A DNA stretch of 64,000 nucleotides from Oopsacas minuta (taxonomy: Eukaryota; Animalia; Porifera): positions 744,001 through 808,000 of the forward strand of contig JAKMXF010000310.1 of NCBI GenBank assembly GCA_024704765.1, given 5' to 3'. Shown piece by piece: positions 35,200-46,400 of this stretch; the stretch's first letter is position 1; each line of letters starts with the position of its first letter. A program made the translations under genes and the position numbers. A model generated the notes under the pieces. The model had not been told where the DNA came from. It saw nothing but the letters and a program-made list of their open reading frames with translations, and made no database searches.

Positions 35200-35480
35200 A
35201 GGGATAATTGGGTGCGTAGAGCCCGATTTTGATATTTTCAGAGTCTGAAAGTTACAAATTCACAAATTTATCATATAATTAATCATATTTTCACACCTTG
35301 TTTGCATATTTTCAAATTATGCTAGAGATTTCGTATCAACAGTTAATCAGGGATAATCAGGTATCTTGATTCCAATTTTGACATTTTCAAATGTTTCACT
35401 CAGTGATTTATCATATCATTGACTATACTTTCACACTTTTCTACATATTTGAAATTGATGCTAGTGATCTCGTTTCAACA
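35200..35480 (+). repeat. Internal subunits of the Helitron-like family
   Basis: ATGCTAGAGATTTCG...GGxTAATCAxGTAT..GATTCCAATTTTGACATTTTCAAAT also occurs at 61612-61702 and 61753-61838, and inverted at 45610-45740. Confidence 0.65.
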
Positions 35481-36782
35481 GTTAGACAGGGGTTTATTGG
35501 AGGTTATTCGGAATTTTATATACAAGATTGAGGATAAAACATGAAGTACAGTAGGAGACTAGTAATATTGAAAATCCCGAATATTTCTGAGATCCAGGAG
35601 CCCAAAAATCAGTAGGGGTGAGGGGGCGTATCCTCCCTAAACAGCTGGACATTTTTCTTATTTACAGGAATTACATAGTATATGATTTTGTATAATTTTT
35701 ATACGTAGAATGATAATACAGCTCAGGGATAATTTTACTAATTTCCTAGTAGTTGACATCATCGATTCATTTATGTTACGTGATAATTGTATAAATTTAC
35801 AGGTAACATATTTCTTGTATGCAATGCAATGCTAGTATAATTTGTTCCTCCAAGATATTTCTTTTTGGTTGTATAATCATGTATTGAATTTATACTAGGA
35901 CAGTATAATATGTTACGTATTATCTTTCGAATTCATATCGGAATTTTTGAGCTCAGGGGTTCAACCTTCGTCAATCCTAATATAATCCGAAATAAACCTA
36001 CCACTTTTCGTCCTGCAGGTTTCAAGTTTAGGCCATGTAAAGTAATATAGTTTTTCATCCCCGCCCGCCCAAAAATTTGTCTCCCATCGGAAAGATTTTG
36101 TTTGTATTTTTCCATATTTAAAGACAATTCTTTGGTCACAGATTGCCAATCCACATTTTACTACTTGTATAGTTGAGAAATTCAATATTTTTACTCCCAG
36201 AGAGAATGTGGCGAGATAATCGAAGGGTTATAATATCTTACACATTAACCGGTCTCTATAAATAAAAATAAGTTACCACCAGGTGTACTAGTTTCTGAAG
36301 AAATTCCGGGTGAGAATTTATTAATTCATTTTACTTGTCCTAATTAATGAATTTTGCTTTTCTGAAAGATGTTATTAATTTGGATTAATTCTTTGATATT
36401 TTAGGTATAGGAATAGTTCAATATATATTGTGCAATGTGTCAATTATTGCAAAAAAGAATATTAATTATACTCAAATTCCTTTTGAACCCCATAAATAGT
36501 TATACTTTTAAAGTTGCACGCTATTCATTCCAGAAATAATAATCGATGTTATTGAAATACGCTAAATTCAAGTAATTTATTCTGATTCAAATAGTCGTGT
36601 AATTTGTGTACGTGATCATTAATTATTGAAATATTTTCCAACAATACTAGGACATATTAATTACTTGCGTCATATAATTACCAGAAGAATCCTTCAGTAG
36701 TTAATGAGTGCATTTCGTATAAATTAATTGAAATGAAAATATAGATAATAATATTTTCATTCTATAAAACCAGATTATTCTT

Positions 36783-39284
36783 ATGTCTTGTTGTAAAAAA
36801 GAGCTCAAATTAGTTTGTGGGAAGATGTGTATGGTAACTCATGCTCTACTGAAGAAACCTATAATGCCTCCTATTCCTACTCCAAATGTTCAGAGCGGAG
36901 ATAGCCAACCTGAAGGACACATTATCTCTCTGGCAGTAAAACAGATTCACAAACGCAGAGAACCTAATAAACACTATGTATACGAACTGGTAGTATCCTG
37001 GTCGTCTGGTACAAATCTCCGGGTTTTCAGACGCTACTCAAACTTTTTCGAGTTTCAAGTACAACTCTGTTCACAACAAGCTCTCCTATTAGGGTTAGGT
37101 TGTAGCAGCGAGCTTGCTAGTGCTGTTATACCTGCACTACCTGGTAGAGATTTTATCGGACGGAGTAACGTGAAACAAGTAGCTCAAAAACGTAGGGAAC
37201 ATCTTGAAGAGTTCTGTGTGAATATTATGAAGTTACCACAAGAACTAGTCCGTTCTGATATTTTCCTAAGGTTCTTCAGTCTGTGGCCAGATGACACTGA
37301 AATAATTGACACTACTCTCTCCATTATCGGAGAAGATGAGCAAGACACGGAGTGTACTGAGTTCATAGCTATAGCTGACTACGACCCGACTAACATGCAT
37401 CAGATAACTATAAAGGCTGGAGCAAAGCTTCAAGTACTGGAGAGACGTCTGAGCGGTTGGTGGCTGTGTCTGACAGATAATGAGCAGGGATATCTCCCCG
37501 CCTCTCTCCTACAACCAGTAGAGGGATTACATGACACAGAGAAGGTAGAAGACTTATCATGCAAATACTATATAGTTAATGCTGACTACAAGTCTAACAA
37601 CCCTGATGAGTTGACTCTGCATAAAGGTCAGAAAGTACAGATTGTATTCAAATCATACGACGGATGGTGGAGAGTTAAATGTGGAGAATCCACTGGTATC
37701 GTTCCTTCCCTCTATCTTACCGAGACAGAACATCAACAGAGGAAAGAAACACTGGAGAGGAACACGAATAAAGAACTGTACGTTACTCCCTCCACCAGCT
37801 TCAACCCACCCCCGAGAAAAGGGACATACGGTCGTAACGAGAAGATAGTATCCATGTATTCAGTCCTAGAGGATATTCCAAAGGATGTTATGAATAAAAG
37901 CAGTGTAAAGTATGCACAAATTAATAAATCCAAAAGTGAGAATAAGAATAAGAAACTTTCCACAGAAACAGAGGATATTATCCATAAAATGCTAGACATC
38001 AGTCTTGAGAGTAATCCTGATATTTCTTTAAACTATGAAATGTCAGATGATTTGGTTAAAGAAGTGAAACTAACCCAATCTCTCATGGGTACACATAACC
38101 AATCGAAACATCTTAAACCTCCTAAACCTGTTCGGAAGTATATAAACCCCCAGGAAGTACCAGCTAATCTGCTACAGAGATCTCCCAGCACTCCCTCTTT
38201 CGTGGATAATTCTATTTATCAGAACTTTGAGAAGGCTAGTCATACTAATATACTGAGTAGGCCTATTGACAACAATGACCGCTCTCTTAAACTTAACAGA
38301 AATAAATGCAGTGCTTCTAAAGACGATGAAGAGATAGACTATATAAACTGGTTACCTTCTATTGATCCGATTAATATTGATGACGTCAATGAGTACACAG
38401 TGAGTTCACCATTTGGGCGGTCTGCTCGTGCACACACTAGTCTCAAAAACATCTCCTCAATGCCTCAGAAAATCCTCCCAAAGATATTCGTTGCTATCGA
38501 AAAGTACAATGCGCAGGATGAATCATGTGTATCCTTCAAGGATGGAGACAATGCTACACTGATTGAGAAAAGTCAGGATGGATTGTGGTCATTCGTACGT
38601 GTGAATGCAAAGGAGGGGTGGTCACCTTCTGATCACTGGAAGCCTATAGCTTTGAAGAAACCTGGAATAGCACCACCACCAAACATTAAACCGACTAGAC
38701 TCACCAAGACAGTTGCTACTTCTGTTGAGACTCCTTCTCCAGCTTCAAGGAGACTAAGTAGTTACGAGAAGAGACCACTCCCTGTCCCTCCAGCAAGGAA
38801 TCATAACAAGACAACAGATTTCAATTCGACTGCACCAGCTAGCTCCAGACTAGGATTGGATCTCCCTGATATACCTCATCGTACCAAATCTCCTAAGACC
38901 TTAGTAACACAATTGCAGCCTCTCTCAAGAGATGTAAGTAAATCACAGCATAAGGATAATCACGATCAGTATCTGTGGGGTAAAATGACACGTAAAGCCT
39001 GTGAGGACCTTCTCCTACAGCGTGCTAAACAGGGGGAGTTCATATTCCGAGAGAGTCCCAATCGAGAGGGAGAGTTGGTGCTCTCAATGCGCTACCATTA
39101 CAGAGTTCATCATTTCAATATTAAGCAGGAAGACAGCTGGTTCTGTATAGGTGAGAATTTCCGCGTGAAATCCCTCACCGAAATAATCTCACATTTCCAG
39201 AAAACTCCAATCGCTTCTTACAAAGAACACGGTGATAAATTAATTGACGTATTCTTATCTCGACCACTTGATAAGAATAACTAG
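36783..39284 (+). CDS. PX-SH3-SH3-SH3-SH2 adaptor (Tks4/5 / p47phox-like with C-terminal SH2), single exon, 833 aa
   Basis: PX: KRREPNKHYVY...VFRRYSNFFEF...IPALPG...KRREHLEEF. SH3s: IAIADY...SGWW...GYLPASLL; VNADY...ELTLHKG...DGWW...GIVPSLYL; VAIEKY...GWSPSDHW. SH2: YLWGKMTRKACEDLL...GEFIFRES...VHHFNI. Confidence 0.85.
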   Translation: MSCCKKELKLVCGKMCMVTHALLKKPIMPPIPTPNVQSGDSQPEGHIISLAVKQIHKRREPNKHYVYELVVSWSSGTNLRVFRRYSNFFEFQVQLCSQQALLLGLGCSSELASAVIPALPGRDFIGRSNVKQVAQKRREHLEEFCVNIMKLPQELVRSDIFLRFFSLWPDDTEIIDTTLSIIGEDEQDTECTEFIAIADYDPTNMHQITIKAGAKLQVLERRLSGWWLCLTDNEQGYLPASLLQPVEGLHDTEKVEDLSCKYYIVNADYKSNNPDELTLHKGQKVQIVFKSYDGWWRVKCGESTGIVPSLYLTETEHQQRKETLERNTNKELYVTPSTSFNPPPRKGTYGRNEKIVSMYSVLEDIPKDVMNKSSVKYAQINKSKSENKNKKLSTETEDIIHKMLDISLESNPDISLNYEMSDDLVKEVKLTQSLMGTHNQSKHLKPPKPVRKYINPQEVPANLLQRSPSTPSFVDNSIYQNFEKASHTNILSRPIDNNDRSLKLNRNKCSASKDDEEIDYINWLPSIDPINIDDVNEYTVSSPFGRSARAHTSLKNISSMPQKILPKIFVAIEKYNAQDESCVSFKDGDNATLIEKSQDGLWSFVRVNAKEGWSPSDHWKPIALKKPGIAPPPNIKPTRLTKTVATSVETPSPASRRLSSYEKRPLPVPPARNHNKTTDFNSTAPASSRLGLDLPDIPHRTKSPKTLVTQLQPLSRDVSKSQHKDNHDQYLWGKMTRKACEDLLLQRAKQGEFIFRESPNREGELVLSMRYHYRVHHFNIKQEDSWFCIGENFRVKSLTEIISHFQKTPIASYKEHGDKLIDVFLSRPLDKNN

Positions 39285-41923
39285 ATCCAGTTGTTATTAT
39301 GAACTATGTGTATACTGCTTTTATTTATGTATGTATATATTTATGTTGTTTGAAATGATTTTATATATGCTAATTTATGATGTACGTATATGTTAATTTT
39401 ATTTGTTTTTTGAGATTAATTGTTTGCACTTGATTTAACGAGTGATTTGAATTTTAACTACCTGTAATTAATAATATGAATTATACCGTATTACAAATAT
39501 TAACTCGGTAATGCCGTGAGAATATTATGTTTACTATAAAGTGTACTTGATGTTCATACTTGTTTTTGTTTGTGTATTCAACTCCTTGCAATAATCCAGA
39601 AATTATTAGTAGCAAACAACAGCGTCACGCGCTTAGGGTTTAATTACGTAATTAATTATTCAAACAGGCTTGATTCTAAGTATTCCACATCTTTTTCTTG
39701 TGGAAAATGCATTTTATCTCTGGATCTAACAGGTTCTGATAAATAAAATGTATAACTGACTGAGTGAAGGTTGGTCCTTTTAATAACTTCTACCATTAAT
39801 TCATCGACTTTTATACTATTGAGTATTGACAGAATGATTCAGTACATATAATTAGGTAATAAACTAAATTGGTTCAATTTTACCCGATAGATCTTGTTTG
39901 GGTGAAAATCTTGCATGAATTCGAAGCAGAAATATAAATCTTCATAATCGGGCATGACAACATCTTTCTCAATCAGATTGGATGTCTGTCTCTAAAATAT
40001 CTCCCATCTATAGTTTGAACTTCTCGATGGACAATAGATAGAAGATATTTTAAGCAAGGTAGATAGATAAACACAACGTATGAATAAATTTTTCGATCTA
40101 TCAACAACGAAAATTATGTTTGAATTATAAAACTTCCAAGTATTCGAAGCTACGTGGCTCATAGTGCTGAGTTCACCGAGGGAGATTTTGCATCACCTCA
40201 GGGTGTGGAATTGTTCCAAGTGTCGAGCCTCGTGAAAGCGCACTAGTACAATATTAACATCATTTGGTTTTTGTTTGTTGGAGTTAATTAGTTCTCGTAG
40301 ATCTTGTAATTTTCGTTGTCATAAGATTGTTCGTGGTCTCTATGAAGTGTAAACCACTAGATTAAGCAGCACAATATATTCCTGATCATAGTTATGCAGT
40401 TCGAACAAGAAAGTTATTTCCACGAATAATTATGCACAAAAATTGCAAAATCTACAGTAATTTATTTCATCCGCGGTACACTACTAAAATATTCAGCGAT
40501 TTAACCTGCTGCACCTCTGGATATCATTATACTTTCTTACTCCATATTTAAAGTTAGGAAGGTTGTGATTCCTCTATTACATAGTCCTTCATCTAATCAT
40601 CAGTCTAGATAACTAGCTACACGCTACTCCTATACATTTATGATTTATGCATAAATCTAGTGAAAGTCTACTATTTTTCATAACTCGTCATGAATGATAC
40701 GTATCGATTTCTTAGTAAATTACGTAATTACATTCTTTTCTCCATTTCCTGTTGCACCATATACTTCCTGAGAAAACCTGTTAATGACGTCTGTCATAGT
40801 CACAAGATATGGTAATTTTTAAATACGTATTAAGTAATATAATACATACATCGTCTACTTATATCTCATCAAACTACTACTTAAGTTAGGCCACTCTTCC
40901 ATACATGTAATTGTCAAATTTATACTTGTTTTGAATTTATTCGATATTTATTTGGGAGATTTCCATTACCGCTATTATTGCTCAATTCAATCAATGTTAG
41001 TCATCATACTTCATATATTCACTTAATTGATATTTTTTGTTGTAATAAAATTCTTATTAGAAATACGTATCTGTAATTAGAGAATTTGTTCATACCATTT
41101 GAAAGCAGTGTAGTGATGTAAAGGAAGTTTAATTTTGAATGAGATTACAACTTTGCAAGATGGCAGTAATAGATCAAATTATGCAACCTGTTGAAATTTG
41201 CAGTTGTAGTCGGGATCGTTTATATGGAGGCAGTAACAACTGATGTTCCAAGAATTGATAATTGGTCCCTGACCTAATTATCCTGGCTATGTCACTGTGT
41301 CATCTATAATTTGTACATCCCTGCTCTCTATCTTTTATTATGATTGAAACTATAGTATATCTGTATAAGGTAATATACCAGAACATGTTTTGTTGAGCAT
41401 GGGTTCAGTGGAAAATTTTCGAACAAAACGATTCCCATTTTCAGATTATTTCAACTTCAGTAGACCCTCGCTAATCCCAACTGAGCTTGAAGGTTATACA
41501 AATTTTCTAGATCCTATAGTATTGTTTCCATTTCGCAAATCCGAACGATTTATTTTGCAATTGGAACAGTGCTGTTTGGATTAGCGAGAGTGTCCTGTAT
41601 TTTAACTCAATTTTGTTTTTAAAACTTCAATACTTCTCCAGTTGTTGAGGACTGCGAAGTACAAATCTATTCAACTTCGATCTATAATTCGATGCCATCA
41701 TTTAGAACCCCACACCACTGTCTTGTGATGATCACTTTTCCAACAACATCATAATAATGAATAAATTCGAAATATTATTGGATTATTGAGTAATTGTATT
41801 GTGTTAGATATCAAGAGAAGATTTACACTAGTGTAATCAACTAATGAGTGAGGAGCGATCTAAACTAATTAGATATTACAAAGTTTCAATTTTGAGAATA
41901 TTACACACAAGCCGACTTACACA

Positions 41924-44899
41924 ATGAGTACAATCTGTCAACTCATGTCCGATGACTTCGTGTACATCGGTCCTATAGGGGTAGGAACATTTGGTACTGT
42001 AGTCCGTGCTACCTGGAAAACTAAGGAGAAAGAGGTAGCTATAAAACGGTTACCTACTCTCAACCCTGAGAACCGAGAGATCCAGGTCCTCACCTCTCTC
42101 CGACACAAGAACATCATACAATTCTTCGGATTAGTTCGTGACAACAACGGATATGGGATTGTAACAGAATTAGCTGAAAATGGTTCTCTATACGATTTTC
42201 TACGTATAAAAAACAAAGCTAACGAAACACTAGATTATGATCGTGTTATCCTTTGGGCATTGGATATTGCCCGCGGTATGGAGTACCTTCATTTCCAAGC
42301 ACCACAGACTGTTATACACAGAGACCTAAAGTCTAAGAACGTTGTTATCAATAGCAAATTCATGTGTAAGCTGTGTGACTTTGGTTCATCAAAGTTCCAG
42401 CAGAATTCCCTTAGAGAGGCTAGCACTTCTATTGCAGGGACTATGGCATGGATGGCTCCTGAAGTAATAAAAGAATCCCTGGTTATTGAGGCATCTGACA
42501 CCTACTCATTCGCTATTGTTCTATGGGAGTTGCTGACCTGTAGAGTGCCTTATGATAGTCTTGAGAACATACAGGTGGCCTGGCTTGTGGCTATGAAAGG
42601 GGAGAGACCTCACCTCCCAGCTGAAGTACCTCAGAAGTTCAAAATGCTAATTCAGAACTGTTGGAAAGAGGATCACAAAGAGAGACCTAACTTCCAATTC
42701 CTAGTCAAGAACTTGGACAATCTAAAACTGGACCGTGATCTCCAGGAGAAGACCGCTCTCTTCCTGTGTAATCCTGAGAAGTGGCGGCTAGATATCGGAG
42801 ATAAGAATGAGAAGCTCATGAAGCAGAGTAACGAGCTAACTGATAAGGAGAAGCAGCTACAGATCTGGGAGAGACAGCTTAACATTAAAGAGAAGAAATT
42901 ATTCAAAAAGGAGCGGCGACAGCAGTCTCAGAACACCTACCAGTCCCTGGAGAAGTGGACACCTAAACGGGTATACGAATGGATACGGGAGTTACGTAAG
43001 GGGGAGGGAGACGAGCTAGAGGATCAGTACGTAGAGCTAGCTAACAGATTCTATGCAGAGAGTATAGACGGTAGAGCTCTGATGTTACTGGGAGAGGAGG
43101 ATCTGATTAAAATGAAGATAACAGGACTAGGTATAAGAATAGATCTCTTGGACTCTATCAAGGAGCTACGTGTATCTAACCAGAACCTTATGAACTTCCC
43201 TCCGTTAGCTGTAACGCTACCTACATTCACTCCACAGACCGTACAGAATCAATCTCTCAAGGTTGTAGAGATTATATTAATATTCGGCAGTATATGTAGA
43301 GTTAATACAGATATACCTCGTGAGAACAAATGGAAACTGTACTTAGAATTAGATGGCGATGAGAGTGCTATTCCTACTGTACAGTCAGTTCAATTTGTTA
43401 TTAATGACAAGAACTGGGACATAACTCTAACCAGACCTCCCTTCATTATGAACAGATGGCTGACAGCTGATAAACTAGGTATGACAGAGTGTAGAGTGTT
43501 ATATGATGACCTCATAGTAGTTACTCCTGTAGAGAGTACTCATCTATTCACCCCGGACACAAGAGATGTTACAACTGAGGTTAAGATTACCCTTAAAATT
43601 AAAACCACAAGTATGACACGTATGACGCCACACAACTCTCTTACCACGTCTGAATTATCTGTACCTACCATGGTTACTACCTCCTCTAACCAATTTGAGT
43701 TTTCTAGTGAGCTTAACCGCAGTGGCTCCAGTAATCTAATTGAGTACAAGGGAATAGAGCTTGTAGGTAGTTGGGCTAACCGGAGTCCTGGTAGTCTAGC
43801 CAGGATGATATCAAGTCAGACATGTCCTAAAAGGATCGTTAAGGGCGGTCCTATACCCACGAGCTATAGTACTACTAATCTACATCCTAATTCATCTACT
43901 CGTTCTCAGTCTAGCATGTCTCATGTGTCTCCTCGTCTTTCTCACGGCTCCAGCAGTCTAGCCTCCTCTCCTTCTAATTCCATTAATATGAGGTTTAGCT
44001 CCCCTAGTCGGTGTTCCTCCAGGACTCCTGTCTCCCAGAGTATGTCACGTTCTGCTACTCAGTCATTCAGTCCAACCCCCATGTCACAAACCCCCCGCGA
44101 AAAGAGACACTCACTTCCCGCCAAGCACCATCAGATCCCCTCCCCTATGGTTAAGAAATCCTTCCGGTACGAGTCTAATTCCAATAGGCTGGAGAGTCCG
44201 GTTGAGAGAGACGACCACATGGTAAACGGGGTGGAGCCTAACAACGGGAGGGAGCACTACACCAAAGATAAAAATACTCAATGGGAGAGGACACATATGC
44301 CTAGCTTAAAATCAGAGGATTCATATCAGAGATATAGCAGTGATACTAGTTCTGTAGATAACTCTAACAGGTCACGAACTGGTACCCCACAGCACAGAGA
44401 TAGGAGACCTGACAGGAGAGCTAATTATCCAAGGAGGAATAATAGGAGAAGAGATGATACCAGGGATTATAAGAGAGATGATACCAGGGATTATAAGAGA
44501 GATGATACCAGGGATTATAAGAGAGATGATACCAGGGATTATAAGAGAGATTATACCAGGGATAATAAGAGAGATGATACCAGGGATATTAAGAGAGATG
44601 ATACTCTGAGGAGGAGAGATGCTCCAAGAGAATATGGTGGGACAGATAAGAAGGGCCAGCATTTTCGGAGAGACGATAGAACTAACAATCGGAAGGATAG
44701 AGATTCCAGGAAGTGGGAGGAGGGTAAGAAAGACAGAGATATATACGATTCCTCACAATATCGCCGCAGTTCTATTCCATACCAAACATCCAACTCACTC
44801 GAAGTTAAAAAGAAACCCCCCGAGACTGAGAACGATTCAGACTCAGAATGGACTGTCGTTGCTAAGAACAAATCCAAAAATAAACCAAATTACTACTGA
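41924..44899 (+). CDS. MAP3K20: ZAK-alpha/MLTK MAP3K: kinase - leucine zipper - SAM - YEATS-like domain - disordered tail, single exon, 991 aa
   Basis: GVGTFGTV, VAIK, HRDLKSKN, DFG, GTMAWMAPE. SAM: WTPKRVYEWI...IDGRALMLL.EEDL..M.I..LG.RI.LL..IKEL. Post-SAM KWKLYLELDGDESAI...TRPPFIMNRW resembles human ZAK KWKMYMEMDGDEIAI...TKPPFVMEKW. Confidence 0.88.
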   Translation: MSTICQLMSDDFVYIGPIGVGTFGTVVRATWKTKEKEVAIKRLPTLNPENREIQVLTSLRHKNIIQFFGLVRDNNGYGIVTELAENGSLYDFLRIKNKANETLDYDRVILWALDIARGMEYLHFQAPQTVIHRDLKSKNVVINSKFMCKLCDFGSSKFQQNSLREASTSIAGTMAWMAPEVIKESLVIEASDTYSFAIVLWELLTCRVPYDSLENIQVAWLVAMKGERPHLPAEVPQKFKMLIQNCWKEDHKERPNFQFLVKNLDNLKLDRDLQEKTALFLCNPEKWRLDIGDKNEKLMKQSNELTDKEKQLQIWERQLNIKEKKLFKKERRQQSQNTYQSLEKWTPKRVYEWIRELRKGEGDELEDQYVELANRFYAESIDGRALMLLGEEDLIKMKITGLGIRIDLLDSIKELRVSNQNLMNFPPLAVTLPTFTPQTVQNQSLKVVEIILIFGSICRVNTDIPRENKWKLYLELDGDESAIPTVQSVQFVINDKNWDITLTRPPFIMNRWLTADKLGMTECRVLYDDLIVVTPVESTHLFTPDTRDVTTEVKITLKIKTTSMTRMTPHNSLTTSELSVPTMVTTSSNQFEFSSELNRSGSSNLIEYKGIELVGSWANRSPGSLARMISSQTCPKRIVKGGPIPTSYSTTNLHPNSSTRSQSSMSHVSPRLSHGSSSLASSPSNSINMRFSSPSRCSSRTPVSQSMSRSATQSFSPTPMSQTPREKRHSLPAKHHQIPSPMVKKSFRYESNSNRLESPVERDDHMVNGVEPNNGREHYTKDKNTQWERTHMPSLKSEDSYQRYSSDTSSVDNSNRSRTGTPQHRDRRPDRRANYPRRNNRRRDDTRDYKRDDTRDYKRDDTRDYKRDDTRDYKRDYTRDNKRDDTRDIKRDDTLRRRDAPREYGGTDKKGQHFRRDDRTNNRKDRDSRKWEEGKKDRDIYDSSQYRRSSIPYQTSNSLEVKKKPPETENDSDSEWTVVAKNKSKNKPNYY
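44450..44604 (+). repeat. 24-bp coding minisatellite (RDDTRDYK) x about 6.5 in the ZAK tail
   Basis: Unit AGAGATGATACCAGGGATTATAAG at 44450, 44474, 44498 and 44522, with variants at 44546 and 44570 and a partial copy at 44594. Confidence 0.95.
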
Positions 44900-45130
44900 A
44901 TAGATCTTACACCACTGCATTGACAATACCCTGCTTTCATTCCGCTTCTAGACACTGTTCTAATTTTTTAGACATAATTTATTAGACATTTTCTTTTTGA
45001 TGTATGTATTGCAATTTATCTCAATTTATTCAGTAATTAACCTGTAACATACCTAGTGCAATAGTTAATTTATTATTAAACTAAAATAGTGTTTATTTGA
45101 CAATTAATTATTTTCACAAGATACTACGTA

Positions 45131-45287
45131 CAGTCAACTCTTGTTAGATAGAAATACCCGCTTATATGGAAGTCTGAAATTGTATAAATATGGTCCCAAA
45201 CTGTCAAAGTAAAATCGAATTAATCGTATTTTGAAGTAATTAATTAACGCTGCTGCCCTTGAGCTTCGATATGAGGAGACTTGACTG
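45131..45287. mobile_element. Short pogo/Tigger-type MITE, 157 bp
   Basis: TA|CAGTCAACTCT ... GAGACTTGACTG|TA. Confidence 0.6.
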
Positions 45288-45540
45288 TATATAGTTGTTT
45301 CTACCCGAGGGAGCGAGGCGGAGGCTAAAGAAACTATGTCTTGTTTCAGTATGGATACTGAATAATGACGAGTTTATCGATCTATTTTGGATAGATTGGA
45401 AACATATTAGATATCCTTTATGATTATAGGGTTGCAGGACGTCCGGTTTGGGGAGGAAATTGTCTGGGTTTATTTCTTGTGAAGTACATCCCTAGTTCCT
45501 AAACCCTAGATGAACACATATTTCCCCTAGAAATTTTTCG

Positions 45541-45610
45541 GGTTAGAGAAAGAATGAAATACTAGTAGGTGGAGAATACAAGCGTTCGGATAACTGAAGT
45601 TCTACTGTCG
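45541..45610 (+). repeat. Tigger-like right-end fragment, related copy at 56276-56372
   Basis: Shared GTTAGxGAAAGAATGAAATAxTAGT...GGAGAATACA...GGATAACTGAxGTTCTACTGT. Confidence 0.65.
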
Positions 45611-46400
45611 ATTTGAAAATATCAAAATTGGAATCTACATATTCGATTACCCCTGAATTGAAGTTGAAACGATATCTCTAGCATAATTTGAAAGTTATGC
45701 AAAAGGATGTGAAAATATGATTAATCATGTAGATATACCCTGCATGAACGAAAGTATTCAGCCACTGCTAAAATTTCCATACAATTATTTCTAATCTCGT
45801 CTATTCTTGAGGGCAATAAAGTAAAACTGTAAGATTTAGAATATGTCCCATGCCAAATTTGGATTCAGCGTATTTAAATTCCTCAGTATACAGACTTCCT
45901 ATTTAGATACTAAAGGGTAATACTGAATATTCACTTTATGCCCTTTACACCCATTATACATTTGCTGATAGGTTTAACTAAGTGATACAAGGTTGGAAAT
46001 TTTCAAACTTATTTGTGAGTATTTGATAGAAATCTTAGAAACTGATTTATCAGAATTGTAGATTGCGAATTTGATATACCAAATATCCTCTGAATAATAA
46101 TATTTTATTGTATTGAAAGTAAAGGCTAGATTCACTATAGTATTATTTGTACCAAAATTATAGATATGGGCCCCCGAATTTATGAAAGATTGAGTATACT
46201 GTTATTCCTCTTTATCAGCAACCTCCGAGAGATTCAATTTCTAACTGAATTTAGTGTGTTTGTAGATTGTATTTCCACACTCTAACTTCATATGATTAGA
46301 GATACTTTACGCTGTATAACTCGGGTAGGATGAGTAGCTTAATATTTTGTAATTTGTAAACTTACCTACTAAATCCTAAATCCTAAATTCAATCAGGGAC

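Noticed and set aside
35933-36185. Two overlapping short minus-strand ORFs
   Set aside because: No recognisable motif, no shared frame and no splice support.
44372-44877. Antisense ORFs with IIPGIISL / LVSSL repeats
   Set aside because: They are shadow frames of the 24-bp repeat in ZAK.
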